This document shows positions 12,845 through 25,962 of a stretch of 64,000 nucleotides of DNA, piece after piece. Source of the stretch: Octopus sinensis. Lineage: Eukaryota. The stretch's first letter is position 1; every line of letters begins with the position of its first letter. Position numbers and translations under genes: made by a program. The stretch covers positions 46,438,001 through 46,502,000 of the forward strand of contig NC_042997.1 in NCBI RefSeq assembly GCF_006345805.1, given 5' to 3'. The notes below the pieces were generated by a model that was not told where the DNA came from, searched no databases, and saw nothing but the letters and a program-made list of their open reading frames with translations.

Positions 12845-15800
12845 ATATTGTTATATTTCGGAATGGTCATATTGCCAGTTTAGCCAATAAAAACACACGC
12901 ACTATATATTTGGTGTTATTTTGCTTCATTTTAAGAGGAAGTTATCGTGGTTGAAACAGAAACGTCAATATGAGCTCGCAAAGGAAGAAAAGCAGAAGTA
13001 TCCAGATACAATAAATGGAATTATTATGGAAGATGTGCTACTACCAGAAGAGTTCAATAAAGACAATGAAGCGAACATCTATGGGGGAGTAACAACGGAC
13101 CCCAGATGAATATCGATACTTCAACTACCACCAAAGTATGCAGTGTATAGTAAAGTGAATACCATCAAATGCCTTCCGAATTGGAAAGTCGTTCACAAAA
13201 ATACGTTGGAATTTAAATAGATACTATGACAACAACACTTGCGACAACAACAACAACGCGAAAAACACTAACTGCAGCAACAACAACACAAACAATAATG
13301 ACCGCAACAATAACAACCTAGCAACAAAAGCAACACGAACCCTAACAGCGGCAACAACAACAACAACACGAACCCTAACAGCGACAACAACAATAACAAT
13401 AGAAAAAATTATGCATAGACACAAACAATAGATACAAAAACAAAAACACAAACAGAGAGAGAAAAATCGTATACAACAGCAACAACAACACACATTATAG
13501 GGAGAACCGACACACAAACACACACAGAGTAGCCATAGTCACAAAGACACGATTTAAAAAGTTGTGTCATAGGGGTCACGATGGTGAGAATAAAGTTGAA
13601 TGCAACAGGATCCTTGGACAGGGGTCAGCGGACTTGAAACAGATAACAATACTCATAGGAACAAAAATAACGACCGCAACAGGGGATTGACAGGGACAAA
13701 CAGACGACATAAAACCCAACACTTATATAACACACATATCCAGAAACAGAACAATGAATATATCACTAGCGATGATAGTAATAATGGCAATGGTAGGAAT
13801 AAAGGTAATAACAATAAAGTGGAGTAGTAGTGGTGATGGTAACAGTAGAAGTAGTAATGAGGATAGTAGTGATAGTTGGTGGTGGTAATAGGAATACTAG
13901 TAGCAGTAGTAGTGGTAATGGTGATAAAATAATAGGAAGGCTGATTTGGAAACAGTAACGATAATGAAGATAACCTAGAGAGACCATTGACATGTATACC
14001 CATCCTTTGACACTCAATTCTTCAACGTATGCGACAAAACTTACTGCATGAACCGAATTTATCCAACAACATTACCCTTCAAACAAAAGAGTATACATCC
14101 CAAGACGTACTAATGACCACATGGAAGCACAGTTCACTATAGCTAGGACCAAACTTAGACAGATTTTAGGATTATACATTAAGAGACAGAGACAGAATAC
14201 GACAATGCCCAACAACTTCGGGATTAAACCTGCATGTGGCCTACAGAAGCTCATTCAGCGCACGAGGAACGGAGAGGTGTATGCCTTCCCACGGATAAGT
14301 CCGGCAGGATGTCATAGACAGCTACCGAACTACATCCAGGCAATGCAACCTCATATCGCCAATACAAAAATAACAACTGTACAGGCGCATGAGGAGAGAG
14401 AAAAGGTCCTCAATGCCCACATGATGATGTGGACAATTGTTCTGGGACCCCAGAACGTCCTGCAAACATTTCCAAGCCTGGAACAATGATATCCCGGCAC
14501 TGTATGGACTTTGCAAGGACCATAAAGTTTTTACTGACCCTATAGCAGGACCAACCAACAAGACCAGTCTGTGGAGCGAATATCGCTAGCAATTACTAAT
14601 CTCCTACTTTCCTCTCAATGATCATACGCCCTATATCAGGATGTCACCTGATGTGTGTGACAGCACAGAAGATCTCCTAAGCAGGATCAGTGACTGTAAC
14701 AAAACTTGTGACTTGACAGGATGTATAGTAGGTAGCATGGATGTGGTATCCCTATACCCATCGATGGACGTAGATTTTGCAGTGGGGAAGTGCGTGGAGA
14801 TGATCAACGAGAGCCAGGTGGAGTCTGTAATGTCGACACAGAAGAACTGGGCCTCCTCTTAGACTGACATATAATAGTGAATACTTAGATAACATAATCT
14901 TAGTAGTTTCTGCCCCAGTAGATGTTTAAGAGGTAGACCACCTACAATTACTTCTATGGCTAGGAAAGACACATATAGAAGATGGCGCGGATGGACCAGA
15001 GCCATACGGAGCCCCGCAAATGTCCATCAGTAAAGAAAATGATCGCACATGCACTAGGAGCTAGTATAAGAGTTACCCTAAAAGGCCACACATTTAAATT
15101 TAATATAAAATATATGTCCCAGGACGAGGGGCAGCCATCGGTGTTAGTATCGCTGGTGATGTGGCCAACCTCTTCATGGTATGTGGGACAGAAGGCTTAA
15201 AAGAATGCCTACTTGCAGAAATCCATACTCGTAAACATGTACTCTCGCTATGTTGATGATATCAATATAGTAGTAAAGCACCCCACAAGAGAGTACTGTT
15301 GATATAGTAATAGAAACTAATACTATGGAGAGCATCCAGCAAATAGCTAACTCCATCCACCAGAGTATTAAGGTCACAAAGAGACTACCCCACTAAACAC
15401 CCCAACCATAGACTACCAGTACTAGACACTGAACTCTGGCTAGAAATTGTAAAAATAAAACCCAAATCCTTCGTTCTACTATGCAAAACCTATGGCCTCA
15501 AAATACCTGATCCACCGGAACTCAGCCATTGCGGCAATGCCAAATTCAATATTTTGATGGCAGACCTCGTCAGAATAATGAGAAATGTGTCACGCATGTG
15601 CGAGCCTACAGAATTAAAGAGACACATACAGTATTTCATTCCCGCATGCAGTTCTCAGGTTACAGCCCTAAAGAAGGATCAGAGTATACAAAGGAGCCAT
15701 GAAGAATTTTGATAATTATTATGTAATGAAGGAATGGGATTTGCCCACTCTATAGGAACAAGTCATGGAACACTATAGAAAGGACAAAAAGAAAATAGGG

Positions 15801-16987
15801 AAGGCCACTCTTGTATGATAGCCATAAATACAAGTGTCATGTTCGTTGACACCACCCCTGGAGTGAACTAGCGTACCGCTTTAGAAGGACCCTAGATAAA
15901 CTTAAACTAAGATTAAGGTTGTTGAAAAGCCAGGCAACCCTATCAGATCTATAATGGTAGAAGCTATCCTTTTAGTAGAACTCTCTGTACGGATAACTAT
16001 TGCACTGTATGTAGATTTAGCCCACAAACGAACTGTAAAGCCAGAAATGTGGCTATAGTATAAGATGTATAGAGGGACGATGCAGTAACAAGACAGTAAC
16101 ATACGTAGGGGAAACTGCAAGAAGCATTGTGAGCGGGTGAATGAACATTGGAGACAACTCAAGGAAGGTAAAGCTCATCGATTCTGTCCAACACGCCGAC
16201 CCAGAACACGGGGGATCAATCAATAACATAGAGATTAAGATATTGTCCACACATAGAACAGATGCAACAATTAGACAATTACAGAAGCTACACATATAAT
16301 AGAAAATAAACCTAGCCTGAATAGAAAACTAGAATGGAGCAATAGCGCACACCACACAACATATGACAATAGTGGATCCTGCAACATAATAAATACACAG
16401 GTAATTAAAGAAATAGAATGAATATCTATATGTGTATGTAATGTGTGTATATATGTATGTATATGTATAGTGTATATGTATGTATATATATATATGTATA
16501 TGTAATATTTTTTTTTCGATTAGATTTATTATTTTATTACTAATATTGTTGTTATACATACATACAAGCATATGTAATGATAATAATGGGTGGGATGTAA
16601 ACACATGAACAAATTAGAACAAAGCAACAACACAAAAACAAAATACAAATTACAAGAAGTATATAACCAGAAATACAAATATTACAGCATCCCCCCCACA
16701 CACCTAAAATACACAGACGCACTAGAGATATAAGCATGCGCAAATGAAGACATACAATAGAAATACAAAATGGCTGACGGTTAGTAAGGAGAGACACAAG
16801 TAAGTGAGAAGAAAACAAAGACCACTGATGCGGTCACAGGAGTGTGACGAAAGAACTTTGGCCGAAATAAGATTAAGATTAAGGTAAAAAATAAATATCA
16901 CCGAAGCAAAATAACACCAAATATATAGTGCGTGTGTTTTTTATGGCGGCTAAATGGCAATATGACCATTCCGAAATATAACAATAT
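12845..16987 (+). mobile_element. Penelope-like retroelement (Neptune-type), decayed, with inverted terminal sequence
   Basis: Fragments in order: N-terminal LPEEFNKDNEANIYGGV..LQLPPKYAVYSKV (~13040-13160); RT GSMDVVSLYPSM (~14730), SRYVDDI (~15245), RLPVLD (~15410), YAKPMASKYLIHRNSA (~15480); GIY-YIG YVGETARS (~16102); LNRKLEW (~16317). 12845-12927 is the reverse complement of 16903-16987. Many stops and frameshifts. Confidence 0.9.
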
Positions 16988-17079
16988 CTGTTTCAACACA
17001 CGACTTCACATAAAAATCTTGCACAACAAATATTTAAATGTATATATATATATATATATATTTATATAACATGCATATA

Positions 17080-17116
<37 letters not shown>

Positions 17117-17319
17117 ATATATATATTATATATATAATATATTATAATACATACTATAAATATATATATATATATATATTATATACATATAAAAATAAAA
17201 AGAAAAAAAAATGGAGAGAAATACACCTTAATCAATAATCAACTACCAGATAATACCCATTCACATAATTTATTAATCAACTACATATGAATATATATAT
17301 ATATATATATATATTCTTT

Positions 17320-17835
17320 AAACTGTTTCATCTTTAAAGCTGCGGTCATGCTGGGGCACCACCGTTGGCTGTGTTACGCCATTATTTGAAACCTCCTCAC
17401 CTCCTCTGATATGTGGTGAATGAAGGAGTTTGATACCGCTGCCCTTATTAATGTTTCCTGCGGAGCATCCATCCAGCTAGTCGTCTGCATTTTATCACCA
17501 AATTGGTAATGTGCACTTGGAAAGATGCACCTTTGCTCATGTCAATGTTCTGGTCACGCACTGATTTTGATTCAGCGATTGCAATTTTCCCCGGGCCAGT
17601 GTAGCCAGTCTGCATGACGTTCAGCTTTGTGAGTTGGCAGCGCAATACTTGAAATTTTTCTGCATTAAAGCACATGTAGTTGTCCTCAGTGCACCTGTAT
17701 ATTGCGTCCTACACTCGTTGCAAATGCGGAATATTTCCAGGATTGTGTATTGTCTGAGACTCTTGTGTCGTATACATAGTTAGCGATGGTGGCTCTATGA
17801 CCAGCTGCGGGCATGTCTGAGAAGGCCACTACAAC
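17320..17835 (-). mobile_element. CR1-type LINE 3' fragment, internally deleted
   Basis: Minus strand gives decayed RT (..ATIANYVYDT.., MCFNAEKFQVLR, LVIKCRRLAGWMLR), homologous to 60225-60600. The 3' end ggtgccccagcatgaccgcagc..tgaaac is at 17325-17365. Confidence 0.8.
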
Positions 17836-17843
17836 TAGCAGTG

Positions 17844-17948
<105 letters not shown>

Positions 17949-18028
17949 TGTGTGTGTGTGTGTCTGTGCAAAGAAAACGTATTAGTTCTAAATCTCTGAA
18001 CGAGAAACATGCAGCATACTATTTTAGA

Positions 18029-18131
18029 GTAATGTTTATTTGCCAACGTAAAGTGGCAGTCCTGGTTAGGACTAGTGTTACTGCTGTTTAGTAACCAGGA
18101 CTGCCACTTTACGTTGGCAAATAAACATTAC
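18029..18131. repeat. Perfect 40-bp inverted repeat with a 23-nt spacer
   Basis: gtaatgtttatttgccaacgtaaagtggcagtcctggtta (18029-18068) versus taaccaggactgccactttacgttggcaaataaacattac (18092-18131). Confidence 0.95.
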
Positions 18132-18132
18132 G

Positions 18133-18198
<66 letters not shown>

Positions 18199-18461
18199 GA
18201 TATCCTGGGAATGGTTTTAAACTGTTACTGGTAGTGAGGCTCTAATTCAAGAATCCAGAGCTTTGAAGATTTTGGAACTACTTCTTTGTCATTACTGTTC
18301 CCAATTTTTCTCTGACCTGAAATATTAGTACCCGTTCAGTTTACCAAGTCATTTTTTAAAAATTGTGTTGGTAAAAGGTTGAAAATTTCAAGAGAAGCCG
18401 ACTACGAATAAATTCAAGATTACTCACCACGAATCAGATCCGAGCTCTAATAGCTGTTCTA

Positions 18462-19611
18462 TCAGGTCATTCCATAAGTTCTGTCCGATTTTACCTTTTA
18501 TAAAATTGAATGAAATTTAATAGTATTTTAGAATATCTGATGGAATTAAAAATTATATTTTTGCATTTCTGTACATTTAAACAAATTTAATATTATTTTA
18601 CAGAATAATAGAATTAAAATTTCTTTGATTAAGACCCTTTCTAACATGGAAGTATCCAAAGAGCATTTGAGGTACATAATGCTTTATGAGTACAAAAACG
18701 AAAGCTCTGCAGCCGAAGCGGTTCGAGACATGCACTCAATTTATGGGAAAGAATGCTTGACTGAAAGAACTTAAAGCTGGTTTTCAAACTTAAAATTGAA
18801 GATCGAACAGATCGCCCAGTTGAGTTTGATGATGAGATTCTTGTGGCATTACTTGAGGAAAATCCTGGTTTATGAGTTGATGAATTGGCAATAAAGCTTA
18901 GTTCAAAGCATACAACTGTTCATCGTCATCTTCAACAACTTGGAAAGGTTTCTAAACTTGGAAAATGGGTGCCTCGTGAATTGTCCGAAAGCAACTGCAA
19001 ATCCCGAGTTTACATCTGCTCTTCTCTCCATTCCCGCGAACTTATTTCTCCCTTTTTGGATAGACATGTGACTGGTGACGGAAAATGGATCTTGTATCGA
19101 AATGTTAAATGTCGTAAAGAGTGGCTCGGTTAAAGGGGTAAACTCAACCACAACAGAGAAGGGAACTTTATGGAAAAAAAGGTTCTTCTCTCTATCTGGT
19201 GGGATTGCAAAGGAGTAATTCACTTTGAATGGTTACCACCTAATGCAACAATCAATGCTCAAGTCTACTCTCAGCAATTAGGTCGAAGAGCTTGGTTGGA
19301 TAAAAATTCCTCATCCACCTTATTCTCCCGACCTTGCTCTTTGAGACTACCATTTCTTTGGTAGTTTACAGAATCATTTGGGGGACACAACTTTCGCAAG
19401 CCAGGAAGAGGTAGAAACTGACATTGCAGAATTCTTCGCTTTGAAACCAAAAGAGTTTTACATTGATGGGATTAAAAAGCTTCTAAATAGATGGAAGGAA
19501 GTCATAGATAATCAGGGAAAGTACATTGAGGATTAAATTCCAATTAAATATAACATTTGATCGCTTGTTTTCTTTATTCAAAATTCGGACAGAACTTATG
19601 GGATGGCCTGA
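18462..19611 (+). mobile_element. mariner DNA transposon with both TIRs, defective transposase
   Basis: 27-bp TIRs tcaggtcattccataagttctgtccga / tcggacagaacttatgggatggcctga (2 mismatches), TA flanking on both sides. Transposase remnants KLGKWVPREL, VTGDGKWILY, VLLSIWWDCKGVIHFE, YSPDLA, RWKEVIDNQGKYIED; stops and an internal deletion. Confidence 0.93.
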
Positions 19612-19814
19612 TATATCGTCTGTATGTCTAACTTTACTGCATGTTATCAAAATGTGTGTGTGTGTGTGAGAGAGTGTGTGTGTGTGTGTGTGTGTGTATT
19701 TGTGTGTGTGCGATATAAATATATAACAATAACAATGAAACCGAATTTATCCATAAGATTATTTTGGTGTTGTGATATAGCTATTTTAGAATTCCGGTAA
19801 CTAAGAGAGGAGAA

Positions 19815-19875
<61 letters not shown>

Positions 19876-20053
19876 AAGGGAGTGAGAGAAAAAAGTGAAA
19901 GAGAGCGAGTGATGAAGAGCGAGAGAAAGGGAGAGAGAAATTGAGTCAGACAGACAGAGAGAGAGAGAGAAAGGGAATGTGAGGGGGCGATTCTGTGCTA
20001 TAAATTATGCGTACCGTTATTCGAATTACCAAGCGTTTGTCATATTTGAATTT

Positions 20054-20299
20054 CTACACAGAGGAAGGTGTGAAATTTGTCGTTGCATTTTCCTTATCCA
20101 TTAGCTCTCTAACTGTGTTGGTGAGATGATAAAAGGGCAAGGAGGAGGAGTCGACAAATTTCGTATTATTTTCGGCATAGAGTGTAACTGGTGCGTCAGA
20201 GGTTTCAATTCTATTTCGTTGGGTTACAATATTTGTTCTATGGCATTTCCTTATAGCTAGACTCTTTAAGCGTTGTTGTAGCAAGCCTGCAGTTGGAGA
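20054..20299 (-). CDS. Candidate terminal coding exon of an unidentified gene
   Basis: Acceptor-like ttctcag| followed by an 82-codon open frame (SPTAGLLQQRLKSLAIRK...FTPSSV*) in non-repetitive DNA. The phase is compatible with the candidate exon at 21688-21751. No homology recognised. Confidence 0.2.
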   Translation of the reverse strand, partial: SPTAGLLQQRLKSLAIRKCHRTNIVTQRNRIETSDAPVTLYAENNTKFVDSSSLPFYHLTNTVRELMDKENATTNFTPSSV

Positions 20300-20372
20300 C
20301 TGAGAATAATTCGCTATAATAAAAATAGATAATAACGAATATTACAGATAATAACGAAATTCACGTATATAT

Positions 20373-20452
<80 letters not shown>

Positions 20453-20622
20453 ACACCGCACACACACGTGTAGTAATGAAATAAAAAGGCGCTAACAGAT
20501 ACCAGTTTGGAGTGTCTAGCGGTGTGTACATCAACAAGTAAGCCGAATGAAAATATATTAAATACCATAAATAGAAACTGAAATATTTCACCGCTTCCTT
20601 ATACAGGTATATACATACGTGT

Positions 20623-21006
20623 GGAGGCGCAATGGCCCAGTGGTTAGGGCAGCGGACTCGCGGTCGTAGGATCGCGGTTTCGATTCCCAGATCAGGCGTT
20701 GTGAGTGTTTATTGAGCGAAAACACCTAAAAGCTCCACAAGGCTCCGGCAGGGGATGGTGGTGATCCCTGCTGTACTCTTTCACCACAACTTTCTCTCAC
20801 TCTTACTTCCTGCTTCTGTTGTACCTGTATTTCAAAGGGCCGGCCTTGTCACTCTCTGTGTCACGCTGAATATCCCCTAGAACTACGTTAAAGGTACACG
20901 TGTCTGTGGAGTGCTCAGCCACTTACACGTTAATTTCACGAGCAGGCTGTTCCGTTTGATCGGATGAACCGGAACCCTCGTCGTTGTAACCGACGGAGTA
21001 CTTCCA
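20623..21006 (+). mobile_element. tRNA-derived SINE family C copy
   Basis: Head ggaggcgcaatggcccagtggttagg (A box) ... ggtttcgattcc (B box). Near-identical to the minus-strand copy at 31517-31899. Possible 10-bp TSD atatacatac. Confidence 0.9.
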
Positions 21007-21094
21007 AGATATACATACATGCATACACACATACATTGGTACAAGTCGAGATAATTTAAGTAGCAAATATAAATTACGAGATTAGGACGACGAT

Positions 21095-21265
21095 CTGGCA
21101 GAATTGTTAGCACGCCGAGCAAATTGCTTGGCCGCATTTCGTCGGTCTTTATGTTCGCAGTTCAAATTTAGTCAAAGTCGACTTTGCCTTAATTCTTTCG
21201 GGGTCGATAAAATAAGTAGCAGTTGTCTCCTCCCCCAAACTGGCCTTGTACCAAAATTTGAAGCC
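21095..21265 (+). mobile_element. SINE family B copy (diverged)
   Basis: tggcagaattgttagcacgccg...ttcaaatt...gtcgactttgcctt..ctttcggggtcgataaaataagta. Confidence 0.75.
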
Positions 21266-21687
21266 AATAAAATTCACAAAGTGAATAGATTTTTACAGCT
21301 GTTTCAATAAATCGGTGAATGCTTGATACTATAATGCATATCATGCAAAAACGGGTGTATAATGCTTTTTGTCGGAAAGAAGAGTGAAAAATTTCATTCT
21401 TTCTGGCGATATATTGGGCTTTTATAACTTAAAGATCTATACGTATCATGCTTCATAACATTTGATAATAATTTTGACTTATTTTTTTGGGGTTATTTCT
21501 GTGTATAATTACTGCCTCATTATACGGATCTGTTAGCGTAGTATGCATCACAGTACCAGCCATTCGCCGCATATTTGGAGCAGTTGTAAAAAGTATTTCA
21601 ATCACCTTGTAATATATGTTTGTAACATTTCATACAAACGAATTTCAGCGGCCCAGACTTGTTTGTCTTTTATCTCTAATTACTCAC

Positions 21688-21751
21688 CGGAGTTATGTAC
21701 TTCGTGCTGCTATGTCTGATTATAAAGCTGGAGTTCAATGGTTTAACCGCT
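21688..21751 (-). CDS. Candidate internal 64-nt exon
   Basis: ttcag| acceptor and a strong CCG|gtgagt donor. Only one open frame (AVKPLNSSFIIRHSSTKYITP). Confidence 0.2.
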
Positions 21752-22110
21752 CTGAACATTAATTCGATGCATGTCTATTCAACACTTATGCTATAGATTT
21801 CTCATGCATTACATATACGCCTCCACCACATATTTATTTATTTGTTTCAGTCATTGTGTTGTGACGATACTGAAGCACTGCTTTGAAGTGTTTAGTGACG
21901 AAACAAATTGCTCCAATATCTATTAAGTTTATTAGATATTCTGTCTTTTTTTTTTTGTTTTTTTGACAGATCAGTAATGCTGACGCAAACAAACCAACAG
22001 CGATTGTCAATCGGTGAGTTGGCAAACACAAAGTGAAGCGTGCATATATGGAGACTCATGCACACACGCTCACACACTCACACACACATTTACGCACAGA
22101 CATGCTTGTC

Positions 22111-22470
22111 GCAGGCGTGGCTGTGTGGTAAGAAGCTTGCGTGCTGGCAGAAACGTTAGCACGCCGGACGAAATGCTTAGCGGTATTTCGTCTGCCGCTA
22201 CGTTCTGAGTTCAAATTCGGCCGCGGTTCACTTTGCCTTTCATCCTTTCGGGGTCGATTAAATTAGTACCAGTTACGTACTGGTGTCAATGTAATCGACT
22301 TAATCCCTTTGTCTCTCCTTGTTTGTCCCCTCTATGTTTAGCCCCTTGTGGGCAATAAAAAAATAAGAAGCTTGCTTCCCAACCACATGGTTTCTGGTTC
22401 AGTCCTACTGTGTGGCACCTTGGGCAAGTGTCTTCTACTATAGACTTCGGCCGACGAAAGCCTTGTGAGT
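22111..22470 (+). mobile_element. SINE family A 5' half with a nested SINE family B (22141-22363)
   Basis: The family B insert is flanked by a 12-bp TSD taagaagcttgc (22129-22140, 22364-22375). A diverged family A 3' half follows at ~23150-23390. Confidence 0.85.
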
Positions 22471-22519
22471 GGTTATGCTAAACGTACTCTGAAAGGAGCT
22501 TGTAATATATATATATATA

Positions 22520-23125
22520 TTGCCCGACCCCACCTTGAATACTGCTGTCCACTGTGGTCTCCCTACACAAAACAAAATATTATGAGAATTAAAGCTCCCC
22601 AAAGGTCAATCACAAAAAATATAGATGGCATGTCAGACCTTGACTACTGGGGTAGACTAGAGAAGCTGAAATTGAATTCACTCCAACTACGCTGTGAACG
22701 CTACATTATCTGTATGATGTGGAAAATATTCCACCAGCGCTGTCCGAATGATGTTGGCATCACCTTCAAAATGCCTCCAAGGCTAGGACCACGTTCCATC
22801 CGTCCACAACAAAAATCTAAATCGCATCACATAACGACAATTCGGCACAACTATTTCACCTCAATTGGACCTGCTCTCTTCAACATTACACCAGGGCACG
22901 TCAAAAAAGAAACTGACCACACAAAATTCAAGAAGTCTTTGGACAAATTCCTTCAAACAGTACCGGAAAAACCACCCACACCCGGATATGTCTCCGCAAA
23001 CAATAACTCTCTGCTCGAATGGGCCTTGGTGCCCAAATCCTGAACTGAAAGACTTCGCCAGGTGGTGCCATTAAGCTAGACATGGCCTGGGCCAATACTG
23101 GCCAAAACCTTTCTAAGTTATTCTA
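22520..23125 (+). mobile_element. CR1/L2-type LINE 3' end
   Basis: ARPHLEYCCPLWSPY..QRSITKNIDGMSDLDYWGRLEKLKLNSLQLRCERY...FKKSLDKFLQTVPEKP, then a short 3' UTR and a ttctaagtta repeat tail. Confidence 0.9.
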
Positions 23126-23480
23126 AGTTATATATATATATATATATATGTATATATCTATCTATGTGTGCTCTGTGTCTGTGTTTGTCGCTTAATTACC
23201 GCTTTATAACCGATGGTGGCGTGTTTATGTTCTTGTAACTTAGCGGTCTGGCAAGAAGAGAACGATATAATAAGTACTCAGTTTTAAAAAAATAACTGCT
23301 GGGGTCGAGTTGTTTGACTAAAACAATCCAAGACGATGCTCCAGCATGGCCGCAGTCAAATCACTGAAACGAGTAAAGAGTAAAAAAAGGAGTGCTTCCA
23401 CATTGTTTTCCTCTACAAATTGCTTTACAAGGCACTGATCGCCCAGGAGTAATGAATAGATTTGAACCCGATTCCATAAG

Positions 23481-23541
23481 ATTTAAAGCATGGTTATGTG
23501 GTTAAGGATATTATCATTAACCACATAACCATGCTTTAAAT
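23481..23541. repeat. Perfect 25-bp inverted repeat with an 11-nt loop
   Basis: atttaaagcatggttatgtggttaa / ttaaccacataaccatgctttaaat. Confidence 0.9.
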
Positions 23542-24166
23542 TTAATGAACAGCGGGTGGTCACCGGTGGAAAACGAATTTTCTTCACCTTTGTCTACCTT
23601 GCTGAAATTACTGTTGTACATACAGGTAAGCTTCTGATATTACTGTTGTACATACAGGGAAGCTTCTGATATTACGCACTATCATTTTCACATCTGTACG
23701 GAGCTCAATATCGAGTTAGTTATCCTTTTGAATATGAAATTATTTCGTTGTTCCCAAAGAAGCACCCTTCGACTAATTCGATTCTCACAAACACTGTCAT
23801 ATTAACTTCGTGTGTATCCCCACAAAATACCTCTCTGTTGAAACAATGCATTATCTGTGTAATATGCCTATCTGTGTGTACGTGTTTCGTTGAGCTATCT
23901 ACCTGAATACGCATAAACGAACGCATACTTACTCACACGTACACATACGCAAATGTGTATATGTTTGTGTGTGCGTCTTGTACGTTCACATATATACTAA
24001 CTTCCCAACTGAAAGCTACATATCCATACGTCCACATGTATACGTACGCTCGCATACGAAGAACAAACGCTGATGTTGTGTAGCCTGGTGAGTGTGCGTG
24101 TGCGATGCACCACGCCTTCGCACGCACGTGCGCGTTTTACTTACGTGTAATATAACAAGAGTTTTA

Positions 24167-24266
24167 NNNNNNNNNNNNNNNNNNNNNNNNNNNNNNNNNN
24201 NNNNNNNNNNNNNNNNNNNNNNNNNNNNNNNNNNNNNNNNNNNNNNNNNNNNNNNNNNNNNNNNNN
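24167..24266. other. Assembly gap (100 N)
   Basis: Run of exactly 100 N. Confidence 0.99.
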
Positions 24267-25142
24267 AAAAACGGAATAAATGGAAAATGAGGATAAGAAT
24301 GTTTGTGAGTGTGTGTGAGAAAGTTTCAGGGGAGAGGGAGAGAGAGAGAGAAGGAGAGGGAGTGAGTGAGAGAGACCCAGGTCTTGTGGGAATCGAAACC
24401 ACACTCTACCTGTTAATCTCTCTATTTATCTTACTCTGTTACTGATTATGTTTTTCTTTTTAAGTTTCCATATATGTTATCAGTTAACACGTATTCTTAC
24501 ACAGATGCACACACACACACAAATATACGAGTCCATGCACAACACACGCACACGTCCAGAGAAAGAAGCATTAACATACGCCCCCCCCCTATACACGCAC
24601 GCGTAAACATGCCATGCAGGAACACGTGCACGTAGGTAAAAAGATGGTTTTGCGTATACAAGACTTGGGAGTATCTGCAAATTCGTGTAATACGATAATA
24701 GGCAATAAATATTAGTATCTATGCAGACATTGAGCGTCTCCCATTGCTCTGTAAGCATGGATATGTGTTGTGACGGTTAGCGTAGAAATACCAAACGAGA
24801 AAATGAGAGAGGGAAAGGGGGAGGGAGAAAGAGCGAGAAAGAGAATGGGGGGGGCTTCAATAATGAGATTGAATTAAATATAACCTTATATTACCGTTAT
24901 TTGATCTTGAATAATTTGACTTGCAGTTACTTGCAGCCCTTCGGTGCAACATCCACGAGAAGAATATGAAGAAACGAGAATGTTTTGCCGAACGAGAATG
25001 TTCTTTTCCTTTTAGAAATTGTGGAGGTAGATATAGCTACTTCTTCTAGGTGTGCTGCGGTACAAAGAATGAAAAAAAAAGAGTAATAACGTTCAATTAG
25101 AAGCTTGAGTGTGTGGAAGGGATAATTAGTAAGGGCTCAGGC

Positions 25143-25181
<39 letters not shown>

Positions 25182-25539
25182 ATGATTTATACAAGTGTTT
25201 TGACTGATATTCCAGCATGTTGGACATACTTAGTATGTCCTTTGATTTTATATTATTATAATATATATTATATATATATATATATATTAATACATACATA
25301 CACACATACATCAATCTATCCCTTCCATCCATCCATACATCCATCCATCCATACATACATACATACATACATACATACATACATACATGCATACATGCAT
25401 ACATACATACATACATATATATGTGTACATGTGTGTGTGTGTGTCTGTGTTTGTAATTGATCAAAGGACATTGTAAACATTCTACCTGCTGGAAATAACG
25501 GTCAAATCTCTTATTTAAATCGCCAAAATACACTGATAA

Positions 25540-25962
25540 TAACTACAGAAATCAGCGGCTCATAATACAAAGGAATACTTGTGGAACGTACCAGTGAAGA
25601 CCTCATTAAAATGTAAGCACAACAGACCTGATGTAATGATTTGGGATAGAGAAAAGAAACTGTGCGCAGTTGTGGAAATTAGCTGCCCAGCTGGTGTTAT
25701 CATAAAGCTGAAGATCAGTGAAAAAGAGAACACCTATGCTGAACTATTACGAAATCTGCAGTTACTATATCCCGATTACAAGTTCAGGTTTATACCTGTA
25801 ATTAGTGGGGCCCTGGGATATGTAACACACTGCCTACATACCAATCTTGAGAAATTGGGCCTCCCAGGACCAGAAAGGAGAAAGCTTATTCGAAGACTAC
25901 AGATCCAATCCATCACTGGAACTGTAAAAGTCTGTAAAATTTTCCAGAAGTTTACCATTTAA
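25540..25962 (+). mobile_element. R4/Dong-type LINE restriction-like endonuclease remnant
   Basis: WNVPVKTSLKCKHNRPDVMIWDREKKLCAVVEISCP..EKENTYAEL..PVISGALG..GTVKVCKIFQKF*, an RLE PD..D/ExK pattern. Confidence 0.88.

Noticed and set aside
20623-20700. tRNA-like sequence (also 31825-31899)
   Set aside because: These are the A/B-box heads of a SINE: no acceptor stem closure, they continue into the SINE body, and one copy has a TSD.
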